Sequence record: LR756504.1
Reading direction: 5' to 3' (one strand)
DNA length: 64,000 nucleotides
Below, one piece after another: positions 10,100 to 19,853 of this stretch. A program made the translations under genes and the position numbers. The first letter of the stretch is position 1. Every line of letters begins with the position of its first letter. The notes beneath the pieces were generated by a model, which was given only the letters and a program-made list of their open reading frames with translations, was not told where the DNA came from and searched no databases.

Positions 10100-10118
10100 T
10101 TTTTTTACTGCTGTTTTT

Positions 10119-10127
10119 TAATATATA
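10119..10127 (+). promoter_or_regulatory. Putative late promoter TAATATATA
   Basis: Exact motif ~22 nt before the tail-fibre-like gene at 10150. Confidence 0.55.
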
Positions 10128-10149
10128 ATAAAAATCAAAGCATTAATAA

Positions 10150-11394
10150 ATGAAGAAACTTGATAATATAGTCTTTGTATCTGGGGCTGAAGTTCAATCA
10201 CATGGTAGTGCGCCAATTGTTACAGGAAGGATTAGATTTAATTCCACAACTGATATATGGGAATATACACAAGATAATGGTGTTAATTGGTATCCTTTTG
10301 GAGCAGTAACTTCTGTTAATGGGATGGTTGGTGATATTACCATTGGTGGTTTTTCAGCGTTAACTTGTTATGTTGTTGGATATGGTGGTGATGATAATAC
10401 TGCACAAATAGGAAATATTCTTATGCCATTTGAAACTATTGGAGCTGCTATAAACGTAGCAAGACTTAATTATGGAGCATTAATAGAAGTTTTACCAGGT
10501 ACATATAATTTGGATGATACTGATTGTCCATATGGTTTGATGTATCCAGGCGCAAGCTATAGTTATTACTTCCATCCAAATACGCTTATAAATTATAACG
10601 GTACATATGGATTGTATATTGGAAATTCTACAACAGATGGTGATATTTTTGGATTTGGACAGTTTGTTATTAGTTATAGTGGTACGTTTACTGCAAATGG
10701 ATATGCATTTTATGCGCAACATACACAATCATATCCAGTTCATTCAAGACAATTTAATTTTGTTAAGTTAGTGCATGGCACATCATCATCAACTATTACG
10801 ACTTCTAAATTACTTGGTATTGGTAATTGTCCATCAACGAGTGTAGTATTTAACTTTACAGAAAGAATTCTAAGTAGACATGGTGATACTATAACTGTTG
10901 AAAGTGGTGGTCGTGTATTATTTAATGGTTATAGTACTGGATCTTTACAATCTACATCAAAAGCTAATAAAACTCTTGTTATTAATGATGCAAATCAGGT
11001 ACTTGTAAGAAATGCTGATATATTTGGTTATGGTAATGCTTCGGTGGGGGATGGTGCAAGAAATGCACCTATTGTAGTAGATATTACTTATGGTTTTAAT
11101 CTTAATAGTTATGTATTTTCAAATTTAATTATATATTTTGTTTCTTCTACTAGTGGATATAAAATGGTTAATATAAATAATGTTAATTCGGCAGATATGA
11201 CATTATTTGATAATGTTAAATTGAGAGGTAGAGTATCTTCCATATATACAATAGGTGGTAATTCATTGTATTCAGATTATAATATGAATATGCAATTTAT
11301 TAGTGTATATGGTGGTTTGGATATAGGTGGAACTGGAACATTAACAAACTCATTAAATGGTGGTGTTGGATTTTTATACAATCCAACTATATAA
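10150..11394 (+). CDS. Tail fibre/tailspike-like protein with probable parallel beta-helix
   Basis: GRIRFN...EY...W and VTSVNGMVGDITI fibre motifs, then FETIGAAI...IEVLPGTY (beta-helix cap) and G/N/S-rich beta sequence. Confidence 0.6.
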   Translation: MKKLDNIVFVSGAEVQSHGSAPIVTGRIRFNSTTDIWEYTQDNGVNWYPFGAVTSVNGMVGDITIGGFSALTCYVVGYGGDDNTAQIGNILMPFETIGAAINVARLNYGALIEVLPGTYNLDDTDCPYGLMYPGASYSYYFHPNTLINYNGTYGLYIGNSTTDGDIFGFGQFVISYSGTFTANGYAFYAQHTQSYPVHSRQFNFVKLVHGTSSSTITTSKLLGIGNCPSTSVVFNFTERILSRHGDTITVESGGRVLFNGYSTGSLQSTSKANKTLVINDANQVLVRNADIFGYGNASVGDGARNAPIVVDITYGFNLNSYVFSNLIIYFVSSTSGYKMVNINNVNSADMTLFDNVKLRGRVSSIYTIGGNSLYSDYNMNMQFISVYGGLDIGGTGTLTNSLNGGVGFLYNPTI

Positions 11395-11408
11395 AAATAA
11401 TAATTATT

Positions 11409-12014
11409 ATGTCTAAACCAATACCTACACCCTTAGTAAAAACCATAAATGGTGTGAGAAGAGTTATAATATATTATGACGGTGAAATATTTGATGAAAA
11501 AATTACTTTATCAGCTTCTTTGATTATAGGTGAAGCTCCTGTAGGATTATTTCCAGATATTCCATATAATGCTACACCTAAAGAAATATTAGCTTTTGAA
11601 GGTTTTAGTCATTATAATACTATACACGATGAAGATGCTGGAACAAATGGAACTGATTGGAAAACACTTGAAGAAATAGGAATAACTATTTATCCAAAAC
11701 CATTTTCAACAAGAATATTTGGACAAAAAAGGGTAGAGATAAATTCTACCTATGATTTTTTTATTGATCCTGTATATGACATAAATAATAATTTTACATA
11801 TGAATGGGAAATAATAAATGAAAGTGGTACAGCAACTATAAATGGTTCAAATTTGAATAAAGATGTTAATATAACATTTGGATCGTCGAATGGTGTAATA
11901 ATATTAAAATGTAAGATAGAAAATTTATCGGGTTGTTTAAGATATATTATAAAACGTATTATTATAGGTGTAGTACCAAAATCTCTTCTAATTGTCAGAA
12001 ATACATACTTTTAA
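11409..12014 (+). CDS. Putative virion protein with Ig/PKD-like C-terminal domain
   Basis: YEWEI...ATING...VNITF...LKCKI beta pattern; co-oriented directly after the fibre gene. Confidence 0.45.
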   Translation: MSKPIPTPLVKTINGVRRVIIYYDGEIFDEKITLSASLIIGEAPVGLFPDIPYNATPKEILAFEGFSHYNTIHDEDAGTNGTDWKTLEEIGITIYPKPFSTRIFGQKRVEINSTYDFFIDPVYDINNNFTYEWEIINESGTATINGSNLNKDVNITFGSSNGVIILKCKIENLSGCLRYIIKRIIIGVVPKSLLIVRNTYF

Positions 12015-12131
12015 GATAATTATACAATTATTTTTTATTTCTAACAATTTTTGTTATATTTGTTTTGTGGATAAAAAAATATACTCTTTTTTGAAACAAT
12101 CACCACAAAAAACTCAATAAAGAGAAATTTT

Positions 12132-13076
12132 ATGGAAAATATGAAAGAAATCAAAATATTCGCACTATCTCAATCAAAAGCGTTAGGTGAAAATATCGCT
12201 AAAGAATTAAATTTAAATCTTGGAAACTTGATTCTTGATAAATTTTCAGATGGTGAAATGTCTCCTGGTTTTGAAGAATCTATAAGAAGCAGAAAAATTT
12301 TTATTGTTGGTTCTACGCATAATTCAGATTCTATTGTAGAATTAGTACTTACTGTTGATGCTGCAAGAAGAGCTGGTGCGAAACAAATTAATGTTGTAAT
12401 TCCCTATTATGGTTATTCGAGACAGGATAGAAAAGATAAACATAGAGGTGCTATTGGCGCAGGTGCAATAGCGAGTGTTATCGAATCTACTGGTGCGGAC
12501 ACTTTAATGACAATTGATTTACATGCTAGTCAAATTGAAGGATTTTTTAAAATGCCTGTGGTACATATACAAGGAAAATCGGTATTTATTCCGTGTTTAA
12601 AAGGTATAATTGATGATAGTTGGGTTATATGTTCACCTGATGCAGGTGGAGTTACAAGAGCATCTGGATTTTCTCAAAAATTAAATATTCCTTTGGTTGT
12701 AATGAATAAAAGAAGAGATAAACCAAATTCAATAGCATCAATGGAATTAGTGGGTGATGTTAAAGGTAAAAAAGTAATGATTGTAGATGATATGGTGGAT
12801 ACAGGTGGATCTTTGGTTAAATGTGCTGATATACTTATACAAAAAGGTGCTATTGGTGTATCGGCATGTATTTCGCATGGAGTTCTATCGGGTAATGCTA
12901 TAGAAAAAATAAATAAATCGTGTTTAACAAATCTGTTTATATCTGATACTTTGCCGATAGAAGGTAAATTGATGGGAGATACTATAAAAGTGTTTTCATC
13001 TGCTCCTATGTTGGCTAAAGTAATTGCTGGAATAAGCAGGAAAGTAAGTGTTAAACAATTAACATCTGATATATGA
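12132..13076 (+). CDS. prs: Ribose-phosphate pyrophosphokinase (PRPP synthase)
   Basis: FSDGE, PYYGYSRQDRK, DLHASQIEGFF, SPDAGG, KRR, IVDDMVDTGGS, HGVLSG. Confidence 0.95.
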   Translation: MENMKEIKIFALSQSKALGENIAKELNLNLGNLILDKFSDGEMSPGFEESIRSRKIFIVGSTHNSDSIVELVLTVDAARRAGAKQINVVIPYYGYSRQDRKDKHRGAIGAGAIASVIESTGADTLMTIDLHASQIEGFFKMPVVHIQGKSVFIPCLKGIIDDSWVICSPDAGGVTRASGFSQKLNIPLVVMNKRRDKPNSIASMELVGDVKGKKVMIVDDMVDTGGSLVKCADILIQKGAIGVSACISHGVLSGNAIEKINKSCLTNLFISDTLPIEGKLMGDTIKVFSSAPMLAKVIAGISRKVSVKQLTSDI

Positions 13077-13306
13077 GATTAGTTGAATTTTATAAAGAGA
13101 TGTATTCAATTTTGGTTGAATACCATAATCAAGATATTGATGAAGGCGAGGCTCGTGATCAAATTGAAGAATTAAAAATAAAAGCTAATGATATGGGTTT
13201 AATTGTTATAGTAGAACCCGATATAATTAAAAATATTCATGTTTATGATTGTGATGAAACATATGAAGGTTATGATGATGAATATAGTTCAGAAGAAAAT
13301 AATTGA
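13073..13306 (+). CDS. Small acidic hypothetical protein
   Basis: ATGA overlap with the prs stop; D/E/Y-rich tail. Confidence 0.65.
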   Translation: MRLVEFYKEMYSILVEYHNQDIDEGEARDQIEELKIKANDMGLIVIVEPDIIKNIHVYDCDETYEGYDDEYSSEENN

Positions 13307-13496
13307 TATGGGAAAGTTAACTAAATACGAAAAATTAATGAGACAAGATAGAGCAAGAATGGATTTATCTATTGCTATTCAACGAGTTTTAATGGAATTT
13401 GAATCTAAGGAAGAGCCAGGTTATGAATATTCAGAATTGGATATAATAAATGTTCTAAGTAAAATAGTTTGTAATAAAACTCCTATAGGAAATTAA
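13239..13496 (+). CDS. Hypothetical protein (likely start ATG 13308)
   Basis: MGKLTKYEK begins 1 nt after the previous stop. Confidence 0.55.
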   Translation: MFMIVMKHMKVMMMNIVQKKIIDMGKLTKYEKLMRQDRARMDLSIAIQRVLMEFESKEEPGYEYSELDIINVLSKIVCNKTPIGN

Positions 13497-13529
13497 TATG
13501 TTATACTGCGTAGTATAACAATTGTTAAT

Positions 13530-13868
13530 TTGAGATTTTATGAAGTAAAATTTTTATACGGGATAAGTATGAACAAGACAACTAAATTCATTAATAAATT
13601 AATTAATGATACCAAAAGTGGTATTCTTCAATGGGTAGCTATTGAAGATAATTATCAAGCTATAATTAATAACGAGACTATTGTATTGAGATATTATAGT
13701 GATTTTGATGGTATTGATGTTGATATGTTTATTATAGATAGGTATACATTATATCCCGAATGGAATGAAATAGTTTTACTAACACATACAATAAAAAATC
13801 AAGTAAAAGATAATAAAAGTAGAATGCCATATTATGTAAAAACGTGGATAAAGGAAATTTTAAAATGA
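13530..13868 (+). CDS. Hypothetical protein
   Basis: ORF in a co-oriented run of small genes. Confidence 0.55.
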   Translation: MRFYEVKFLYGISMNKTTKFINKLINDTKSGILQWVAIEDNYQAIINNETIVLRYYSDFDGIDVDMFIIDRYTLYPEWNEIVLLTHTIKNQVKDNKSRMPYYVKTWIKEILK

Positions 13869-14209
13869 GTTTATTTGAAGATTTAAATCTTGATGACTTT
13901 TCATCATCATTACCGAATACTAATAGTTATAAACCAACATATTTACATACATTTAAACCAGAAAAATTTGGATTTAAAGCATTGGATGAAGATAATATTA
14001 AATTTTTTAGAAATATAAATGGTGAGATAAGATATTATTTGAGAAAGAAATATGTATCAGGGAGCAGTGTTGATATTTGGTTATTTAAAGTTATAAATAA
14101 AAATAATCAACTACTTCATCATGAAGAAATAGTTGATTTAGAAATAAAAAATAGAATACCAATATTTTTAAGAAGAGATGTATTAAAAGATTTCTTAGAG
14201 GACGAATAA
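13844..14209 (+). CDS. Hypothetical protein (likely start ATG 13865)
   Basis: ATGA overlap with the previous stop. Confidence 0.6.
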   Translation: MDKGNFKMSLFEDLNLDDFSSSLPNTNSYKPTYLHTFKPEKFGFKALDEDNIKFFRNINGEIRYYLRKKYVSGSSVDIWLFKVINKNNQLLHHEEIVDLEIKNRIPIFLRRDVLKDFLEDE

Positions 14210-14210
14210 T

Positions 14211-14618
14211 ATGATAACACTATTTTACATATGGGGTGCTATAAATTCTTTATTGATATTATTTACAATAAAGAATATTAATTATAGTTCAATTTTAAAT
14301 AATAAAGGCGTTGTTGATAACAATAAAGTTATTAGTATGAATAGTAAGAATTTTTATAAATTTAATTTATTTATACTATGGATTTTAATTGGAATATTTC
14401 AACATAGCATGATGATATACTTTATTTTTTATATTGTTTTAATATACTTGCTTAGAATAGTTCACAGAAAATATAATTGGATAACAAATCCTACTATTTT
14501 AAATATTAATTTGAATAAATTTATAAGAATTCTTCATTTTGTATTAATTGCGTTTCCTGTTGTAAATCATTTTTTCTTTCAAATTAATATAACTGAAAAA
14601 TTTTACACACTATTTTGA
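14211..14618 (+). CDS. Membrane protein
   Basis: Three to four hydrophobic segments. Confidence 0.65.
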   Translation: MITLFYIWGAINSLLILFTIKNINYSSILNNKGVVDNNKVISMNSKNFYKFNLFILWILIGIFQHSMMIYFIFYIVLIYLLRIVHRKYNWITNPTILNINLNKFIRILHFVLIAFPVVNHFFFQINITEKFYTLF

Positions 14619-14671
14619 GCAAGAAGCGAAAAAGATAAAAATAGTGTTGTGTAAATAAATATTCGATTTTA

Positions 14672-14703
14672 TTTGGTATTTTAACATAAATTGTATAAAT
14701 TTG
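14672..14703 (+). promoter_or_regulatory. Bacteroidota sigma-70-type promoter
   Basis: TTTG (14672) - 20 nt - TAAATTTG (14696). Confidence 0.7.
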
Positions 14704-14723
14704 TGTTTCAATTATAGAAATAC

Positions 14724-17324
14724 ATGGACTTTAAAAAAACCTTTATAGATTTAACACAATGGGTAATACCTCATGGATATGAGGAAAGTATTACACATTT
14801 ACTACCAGAAGGATGTCAGAAAGACGGTAAAGGTAATTATTCTATTACTATAGGGGAGTCTGAAACGCTTTTTACATGTCACTTAGATACAGTATCAAGT
14901 AGAGCTAAAATTACACATGTTTTTGAAGATAATTGGATTAAAACAGATGGCACAACAATATTAGGTGGTGACAATAAAGCAGGAGTATGTATTTTGATGT
15001 ATCTAATTGAACAAAATGTTCCTGGTACATATTACTTCTTTGTGGGTGAAGAGTGTGGACGTTTAGGTTCTAAATGGGCATTAGAAAATAATGGAGACTT
15101 TTTTAGGAAGTTTAAACGTGCGATAGCTTTTGATAGAAGAAATAGGGGCTCTATTATTACTCACCAAAGCTCAAGACTTTGTGCATCATCAGAATTCACA
15201 GAAGCTCTTTCTAAAGAAATGGCTAAATCGGGATTAGAATATAAAGCTGATTCAGGTGGATCATATACGGACACTTATACATTTATCGATGCAATACCAG
15301 AGTGTACTAATTTGTCGGCATCAGTTATGGGTGAACATACAACATCTGAAAAGATTGATATTGTACACTGTGAAGAAATTGCAAAAGCCGCTTCATTGGT
15401 TGATTGGGAAAAATTACCTTCTAATAGAGACTTCTCTAAAAAAGAATGGAAAAGTTATAATAACTATAGTAGTGAATGGGATAGCTATTTTGATGAATAT
15501 CGTTCTTATGATGTAAAACCTAAAGCAGAAATTAAGAAAAAATCTATTAGTGAATGTGGATTAGAATTTGATGTTTCTAATATTGATAAGTTCTTCAATT
15601 TGAAAAAAATTGTTGAAGGTGAAGAAATTTACTATAAATCAGAAGATGGTAAAAGTTATTATATTAATATTGATTATAATTTAGTTGCTGTTGAAGAAGA
15701 TATGTATCATGTATATCCATATTTCATACAGCATTATGTTAAAAAAGATAATTTACCAACTACATTTGAAGAATTATGGTATGTTATAAAAGATTTAAAA
15801 ATTTCTTTTAAACCAATTGAAGAACAAAAAAATATTCCATTCTATCAAAACAATATTTGTGAGTATTTTGATTTGGAAGAAATAATGGATAATCACAAAA
15901 ATAGATTATTTATAGACCCATTGACTTTAAGAGAGTTTCAATTTGAATTTGATGATAAATGGGTTGGTATATGGGAAGTTTTAAATAGAGAACCTTATGT
16001 GAGTCCGATATATGCCAACGATAATACTTTTAAATCATTCTCTGAACTGTGGGCTGATATTAGAGAATACGTACCATTTAGAAGAAACGGTAAAGCTGAA
16101 AATCCATTCTTTAATGGGGGGACTAAAATTAAGTCTTATAATAAGATACTTGATGTAGTAAATGTTAATAATGTTATACCATTTACACATGAAAATGTTG
16201 ATAAATATTTTGATTTAGTAAAAGTTAGTGTAAATAAAAGTACAGTTGATAATTACTATAAAAGTCCTAATGGAGAAAAAATATATTTTATTGAGATTTC
16301 ACCAAATTCAAAAGCTTATGTTTGGGAAAGGAATTCTGGATCTTCATCATTAGTTTATAATAAACAATTCTTTTCTTTTGATAGTTTTTGGAGTGAGATT
16401 AAAGATAAAGTAGAATTTAAAAAGAGAGAGGATGATTTAGATGATATACTATCTCAATTGAAAATTCCATTTAGATCAGATAATATCGAAAAATTCTTTA
16501 ATTTAAAAAGAAGAGAAAGAGATAATAGTCATACTAACGCAAATAAAAAAAGTTTATTTTTCAAATCTGAAAATGATAAATCATACTTTTTTAAAATCGA
16601 AGAAGATGGGTATGTATACATGGTAGATTTATCTGGTCAATTAAATGGTAAAACACAAGTTATTATTAATTATGTTAGATATAATTCATTCGAAAAACTT
16701 TGGGAAGATATTAAAGATAAGGTAGATTTTAAAAAAAATGAATCTAAACCAGTTTTATCAAAAGAATCTTTAAAAATACCATTTACAAATGATAATGTTT
16801 GTAGGGTTTTTAATTTTAAGGAACAACAACTAAGAAGTAGACATTATTTAACAGAAGATACCAATATACAGTATTATTTTGATATTCTTGAAAACAATAT
16901 AGTTTATTTGTGGGAAAGAATAAATGGAAAATTTAACACTATTGTTGATGGTGCGGTGTATAATTCATTTGATGATATATGGAAAGATGTTCAATTACAT
17001 GTTAAATTTAAAAAGAGAGAAGTAGTATCATTTACACAAGATAATGTATCAACGTATTTTGATTTGGTAGATAGTAAATTCAGATGTTTTTATTATCATA
17101 AAGAAACTGATAAAAATTTCTTTATACACTGTGGTAAAAATAAAAATAAGTCAGTCGTTAAATTGGTTAAATATAAAGATTTACCAGAAACAAATACAGG
17201 CGTTAAACAGGTTGATAGAATGGAAAATTTATATTTTAGCGGTGTTAATTCTATTAATTCATTTGATGAATTTTGGGAGGAAATTAAAGATAAAGTACCA
17301 TTTAAAAAAAGAGGAGCTAATTAG
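14724..17324 (+). CDS. M28/M20-like zinc peptidase fused to six ~85-95 aa repeats
   Basis: FTCHLDTV, LGGDNKAG, VGEE, AFDR, YTD, GEHT; repeats of the form PF..DN..K.F.L ... SF..LW..IKDKV.FKK. Confidence 0.8.
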   Translation: MDFKKTFIDLTQWVIPHGYEESITHLLPEGCQKDGKGNYSITIGESETLFTCHLDTVSSRAKITHVFEDNWIKTDGTTILGGDNKAGVCILMYLIEQNVPGTYYFFVGEECGRLGSKWALENNGDFFRKFKRAIAFDRRNRGSIITHQSSRLCASSEFTEALSKEMAKSGLEYKADSGGSYTDTYTFIDAIPECTNLSASVMGEHTTSEKIDIVHCEEIAKAASLVDWEKLPSNRDFSKKEWKSYNNYSSEWDSYFDEYRSYDVKPKAEIKKKSISECGLEFDVSNIDKFFNLKKIVEGEEIYYKSEDGKSYYINIDYNLVAVEEDMYHVYPYFIQHYVKKDNLPTTFEELWYVIKDLKISFKPIEEQKNIPFYQNNICEYFDLEEIMDNHKNRLFIDPLTLREFQFEFDDKWVGIWEVLNREPYVSPIYANDNTFKSFSELWADIREYVPFRRNGKAENPFFNGGTKIKSYNKILDVVNVNNVIPFTHENVDKYFDLVKVSVNKSTVDNYYKSPNGEKIYFIEISPNSKAYVWERNSGSSSLVYNKQFFSFDSFWSEIKDKVEFKKREDDLDDILSQLKIPFRSDNIEKFFNLKRRERDNSHTNANKKSLFFKSENDKSYFFKIEEDGYVYMVDLSGQLNGKTQVIINYVRYNSFEKLWEDIKDKVDFKKNESKPVLSKESLKIPFTNDNVCRVFNFKEQQLRSRHYLTEDTNIQYYFDILENNIVYLWERINGKFNTIVDGAVYNSFDDIWKDVQLHVKFKKREVVSFTQDNVSTYFDLVDSKFRCFYYHKETDKNFFIHCGKNKNKSVVKLVKYKDLPETNTGVKQVDRMENLYFSGVNSINSFDEFWEEIKDKVPFKKRGAN

Positions 17325-17335
17325 CTCCTCTTTTT
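17306..17335 (+). terminator. Intrinsic terminator overlapping the stop codon
   Basis: AAAAAGAGGAGCTAATTAGCTCCTCTTTTT. Confidence 0.75.
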
Positions 17336-17354
17336 ATTTTAGCAATTCCCTATT

Positions 17355-17363
17355 TAATATATA
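17355..17363 (+). promoter_or_regulatory. Putative late promoter TAATATATA
   Basis: Exact motif upstream of leader-bearing gene 17396. Confidence 0.55.
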
Positions 17364-17395
17364 GAATATATACAAAAAAGTACATCTTCTATATT

Positions 17396-19069
17396 ATGAA
17401 GTATTTAAAGAAATACGGTAATTTTTCTATTAATGAGGCTACTGAAAATGAGTCTATTCTTATAAAGAATAAAGGTATGTCTAAAGATGAAGAAAAAGCA
17501 TTTTTAAATGACATTTTTACATATATCAAAGGTATTGAAAATATTTCAGATATTTTAAATAATAAAGTTAGAATTAAAAATGATGATATTATAGTAGTAG
17601 ATAGAAGAGGAAAAAATGTACTTTTTAAATATAAGCAGGATAGTAATGAAAAAATTAAAGTTTACATTAAATCTGACTTATTTGAGCAAGGTAAAAAAGA
17701 AGACATATTGAATCTTTTAATTAGTAAAGGAGCGGATGTAGAAGTATCTAAACCAGAAGAAAAATATGATAAAAAAGTAGAGGTTAAAACTGAGCCTAAA
17801 ACAAATATACAAAAAATATCATGGGAAGATTTTAATAAGAAGTGGGTATCTGTTATTAATTTAATTAAAACAGATGGTGTTAAAAATGGTGTACCATTAT
17901 TAAAAATTGCTGACATGAATTCATTATATACAAGTAAGAAAGAATATGTTCTGTTTGTACAAGAGTTTTTAAATTTTAATAATAAAAGTAATTTAATACT
18001 TGATGGTAAATTTGGAAATAATACTTCATTAGAAGTTAGGAAATTTCAAATTGCTAATAATTTAGCAGATGATGGTGTAGTTGGACCTTTAACATGGGAG
18101 AAAATTATGGATTTATCGGGTAATCCGATAAAAGGGTTAAAAATTATTTCAACTTCAACACCAATAGTAAATAATGTTAACAAATTAACTTCAATTAAAG
18201 TAGGTAGTTATTTAAATTCAAAGACTGTTGCATCTTTATTTGAAAATAAAATATTTGAAGCAGTAGTATCTAAAAATGATGTGAAAGTTAAAGTTTTAGC
18301 TAACGATGGTAAAACAATAAAATTACAATTTTCAAATTTAGGTAAAATTGTAGAAGAAGTATTTAATTTAGATGTTAATGGTGCTATAATTAAAGATATA
18401 GCTAAAATGTCAAAAGTTAAAATTGCTTTAGGTATTGAAAGAGAGTCCGTAACTATTGAAAACAGAAAAGGTATTATAAAGGATGTACGCGGTAAAGATA
18501 TGTCATTAGAAACTCTAAAAAATGCAGGAAATGCTTGGTATAATAATCCTAACACAGTTTTAGCTTTAATAGTAAACAATGCTGATAATTCTAATGCAAT
18601 TCATGGTATAAATGAATTATATTTTAAAAATACAAATAGTAATTTATTTCAATTTGCTTTTGATGGAAAATATGAATCCTCTTGGTCGGATGCAACTAAA
18701 TCTATATTTACTTCTTCTATTCTTTCGCCTGTTGCACTTTTTGCAATAGCTGGTACTGGATTTAATGTTGCTTGGAATATGAGAAAGAATTATACTACAC
18801 AATTTAATTTACTTGATATTTTAACTACATATTTACAAGATGCTGAAACAGATGCTAATGTATTACATTGGTGTATAGATGGACCTGGTACAGAAGATAA
18901 TATAATAGAAATGTTAATTAATAAAAGAGCAGGAAAACCTGCTTCATATAAGCAACGAATAGCATCAGAGTATTTATCAAAATATAATGCTACTTTGGGT
19001 GATGATTTAGCAGATGATGATGTTGATTCTGAGTTAATTGGAAAAATAGTTCCAAATTATATAGCATAG
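17396..19069 (+). CDS. Leader-bearing protein with peptidoglycan-binding domain and C-terminal annexin-like repeat(s)
   Basis: MKYLKKYGNFSINE leader; LILDGKFGNNT..EVRKFQIANNLADDGVVGPLTW (PG_binding_1 pattern); DANVLHWCIDGPGTEDNIIEMLINKR...I..EY..KY...L.DDL. Confidence 0.7.
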   Translation: MKYLKKYGNFSINEATENESILIKNKGMSKDEEKAFLNDIFTYIKGIENISDILNNKVRIKNDDIIVVDRRGKNVLFKYKQDSNEKIKVYIKSDLFEQGKKEDILNLLISKGADVEVSKPEEKYDKKVEVKTEPKTNIQKISWEDFNKKWVSVINLIKTDGVKNGVPLLKIADMNSLYTSKKEYVLFVQEFLNFNNKSNLILDGKFGNNTSLEVRKFQIANNLADDGVVGPLTWEKIMDLSGNPIKGLKIISTSTPIVNNVNKLTSIKVGSYLNSKTVASLFENKIFEAVVSKNDVKVKVLANDGKTIKLQFSNLGKIVEEVFNLDVNGAIIKDIAKMSKVKIALGIERESVTIENRKGIIKDVRGKDMSLETLKNAGNAWYNNPNTVLALIVNNADNSNAIHGINELYFKNTNSNLFQFAFDGKYESSWSDATKSIFTSSILSPVALFAIAGTGFNVAWNMRKNYTTQFNLLDILTTYLQDAETDANVLHWCIDGPGTEDNIIEMLINKRAGKPASYKQRIASEYLSKYNATLGDDLADDDVDSELIGKIVPNYIA

Positions 19070-19071
19070 TG

Positions 19072-19098
19072 AAAAAACCTCTAAAATAGAGGTTTTTT
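19072..19098 (+). terminator. Intrinsic terminator
   Basis: AAAAAACCTCTA-AAA-TAGAGGTTTTTT. Confidence 0.7.
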
Positions 19099-19130
19099 TT
19101 TGTATTTCTCATATATTTTTTGTAAATTTG
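19099..19130 (+). promoter_or_regulatory. Bacteroidota-type promoter
   Basis: TTTG - 20 nt - TAAATTTG (19123). Confidence 0.65.
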
Positions 19131-19146
19131 TATTATAATTCAAAAT

Positions 19147-19830
19147 ATGAGAATCTTACTATTATTTATTTTTATTTTCTTATCAACATTATCTTTTTCA
19201 CAAACATTTAAGTATGAGAGAGCTAATATTGATATCTCATTTGATACAAGTTTTTACATTCCAGAATCTTGGAAAATTACAAAAACTAAAAATATTCAGA
19301 ATCAAGCACATTATGTGAATATTATTAAATCTTCTTTGGATAAATACCCTGTTAGTATTTTAAAAAATATTAAAAAAGTATATTTATTGAATACTCTTGC
19401 ATCTAATGGGGTGTCTATGGGCGGCACAAAATACGATGGTTTTATTTTTATTAAGGTTAAAGGTATAACAGATGTAAATATAGAGAAAACTCTCCATCAT
19501 GAGTTTTGTCATATTTTGTATTTTAAGTATGATAATTTATTCCCTACTACAGAGTGGATGAAAAATAATAAAATACAATATATTGGTAGTGGATTTAAAG
19601 CTTCTTATAATGGTAGTGATAGTAAATCTCATAAACCAGAGCTTTTTAAAGAAGGTTTTCTATATGATTATGCAACTATTTCTATAGACGAAGATATGGC
19701 ATCTTTAGCAGAAACATTGTTTTTTGATATTGATAAAATAGATATTAAAAATAATCAATTATTGAAAAATAAATATTTACTTTTAATATCTTTTTATAAA
19801 AAAATAGATTCAAATATTAATATTCATTAA
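19147..19830 (+). CDS. Secreted HEXXH zinc metallopeptidase-like protein
   Basis: Signal peptide; LHHEFCH plus downstream YA...EDMASLAE. Confidence 0.7.
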   Translation: MRILLLFIFIFLSTLSFSQTFKYERANIDISFDTSFYIPESWKITKTKNIQNQAHYVNIIKSSLDKYPVSILKNIKKVYLLNTLASNGVSMGGTKYDGFIFIKVKGITDVNIEKTLHHEFCHILYFKYDNLFPTTEWMKNNKIQYIGSGFKASYNGSDSKSHKPELFKEGFLYDYATISIDEDMASLAETLFFDIDKIDIKNNQLLKNKYLLLISFYKKIDSNINIH

Positions 19831-19853
19831 CCAATTATCATTTAGCCATTTAA

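Noticed and set aside
12132-13076. NARP1 Adps assignment for the Prs homologue
   Set aside because: All canonical PRPP synthase motifs are intact, it is not adjacent to the Nampt-like gene, and that gene is paired with NMNAT (NARP2 layout). Not fully excluded without an assay.
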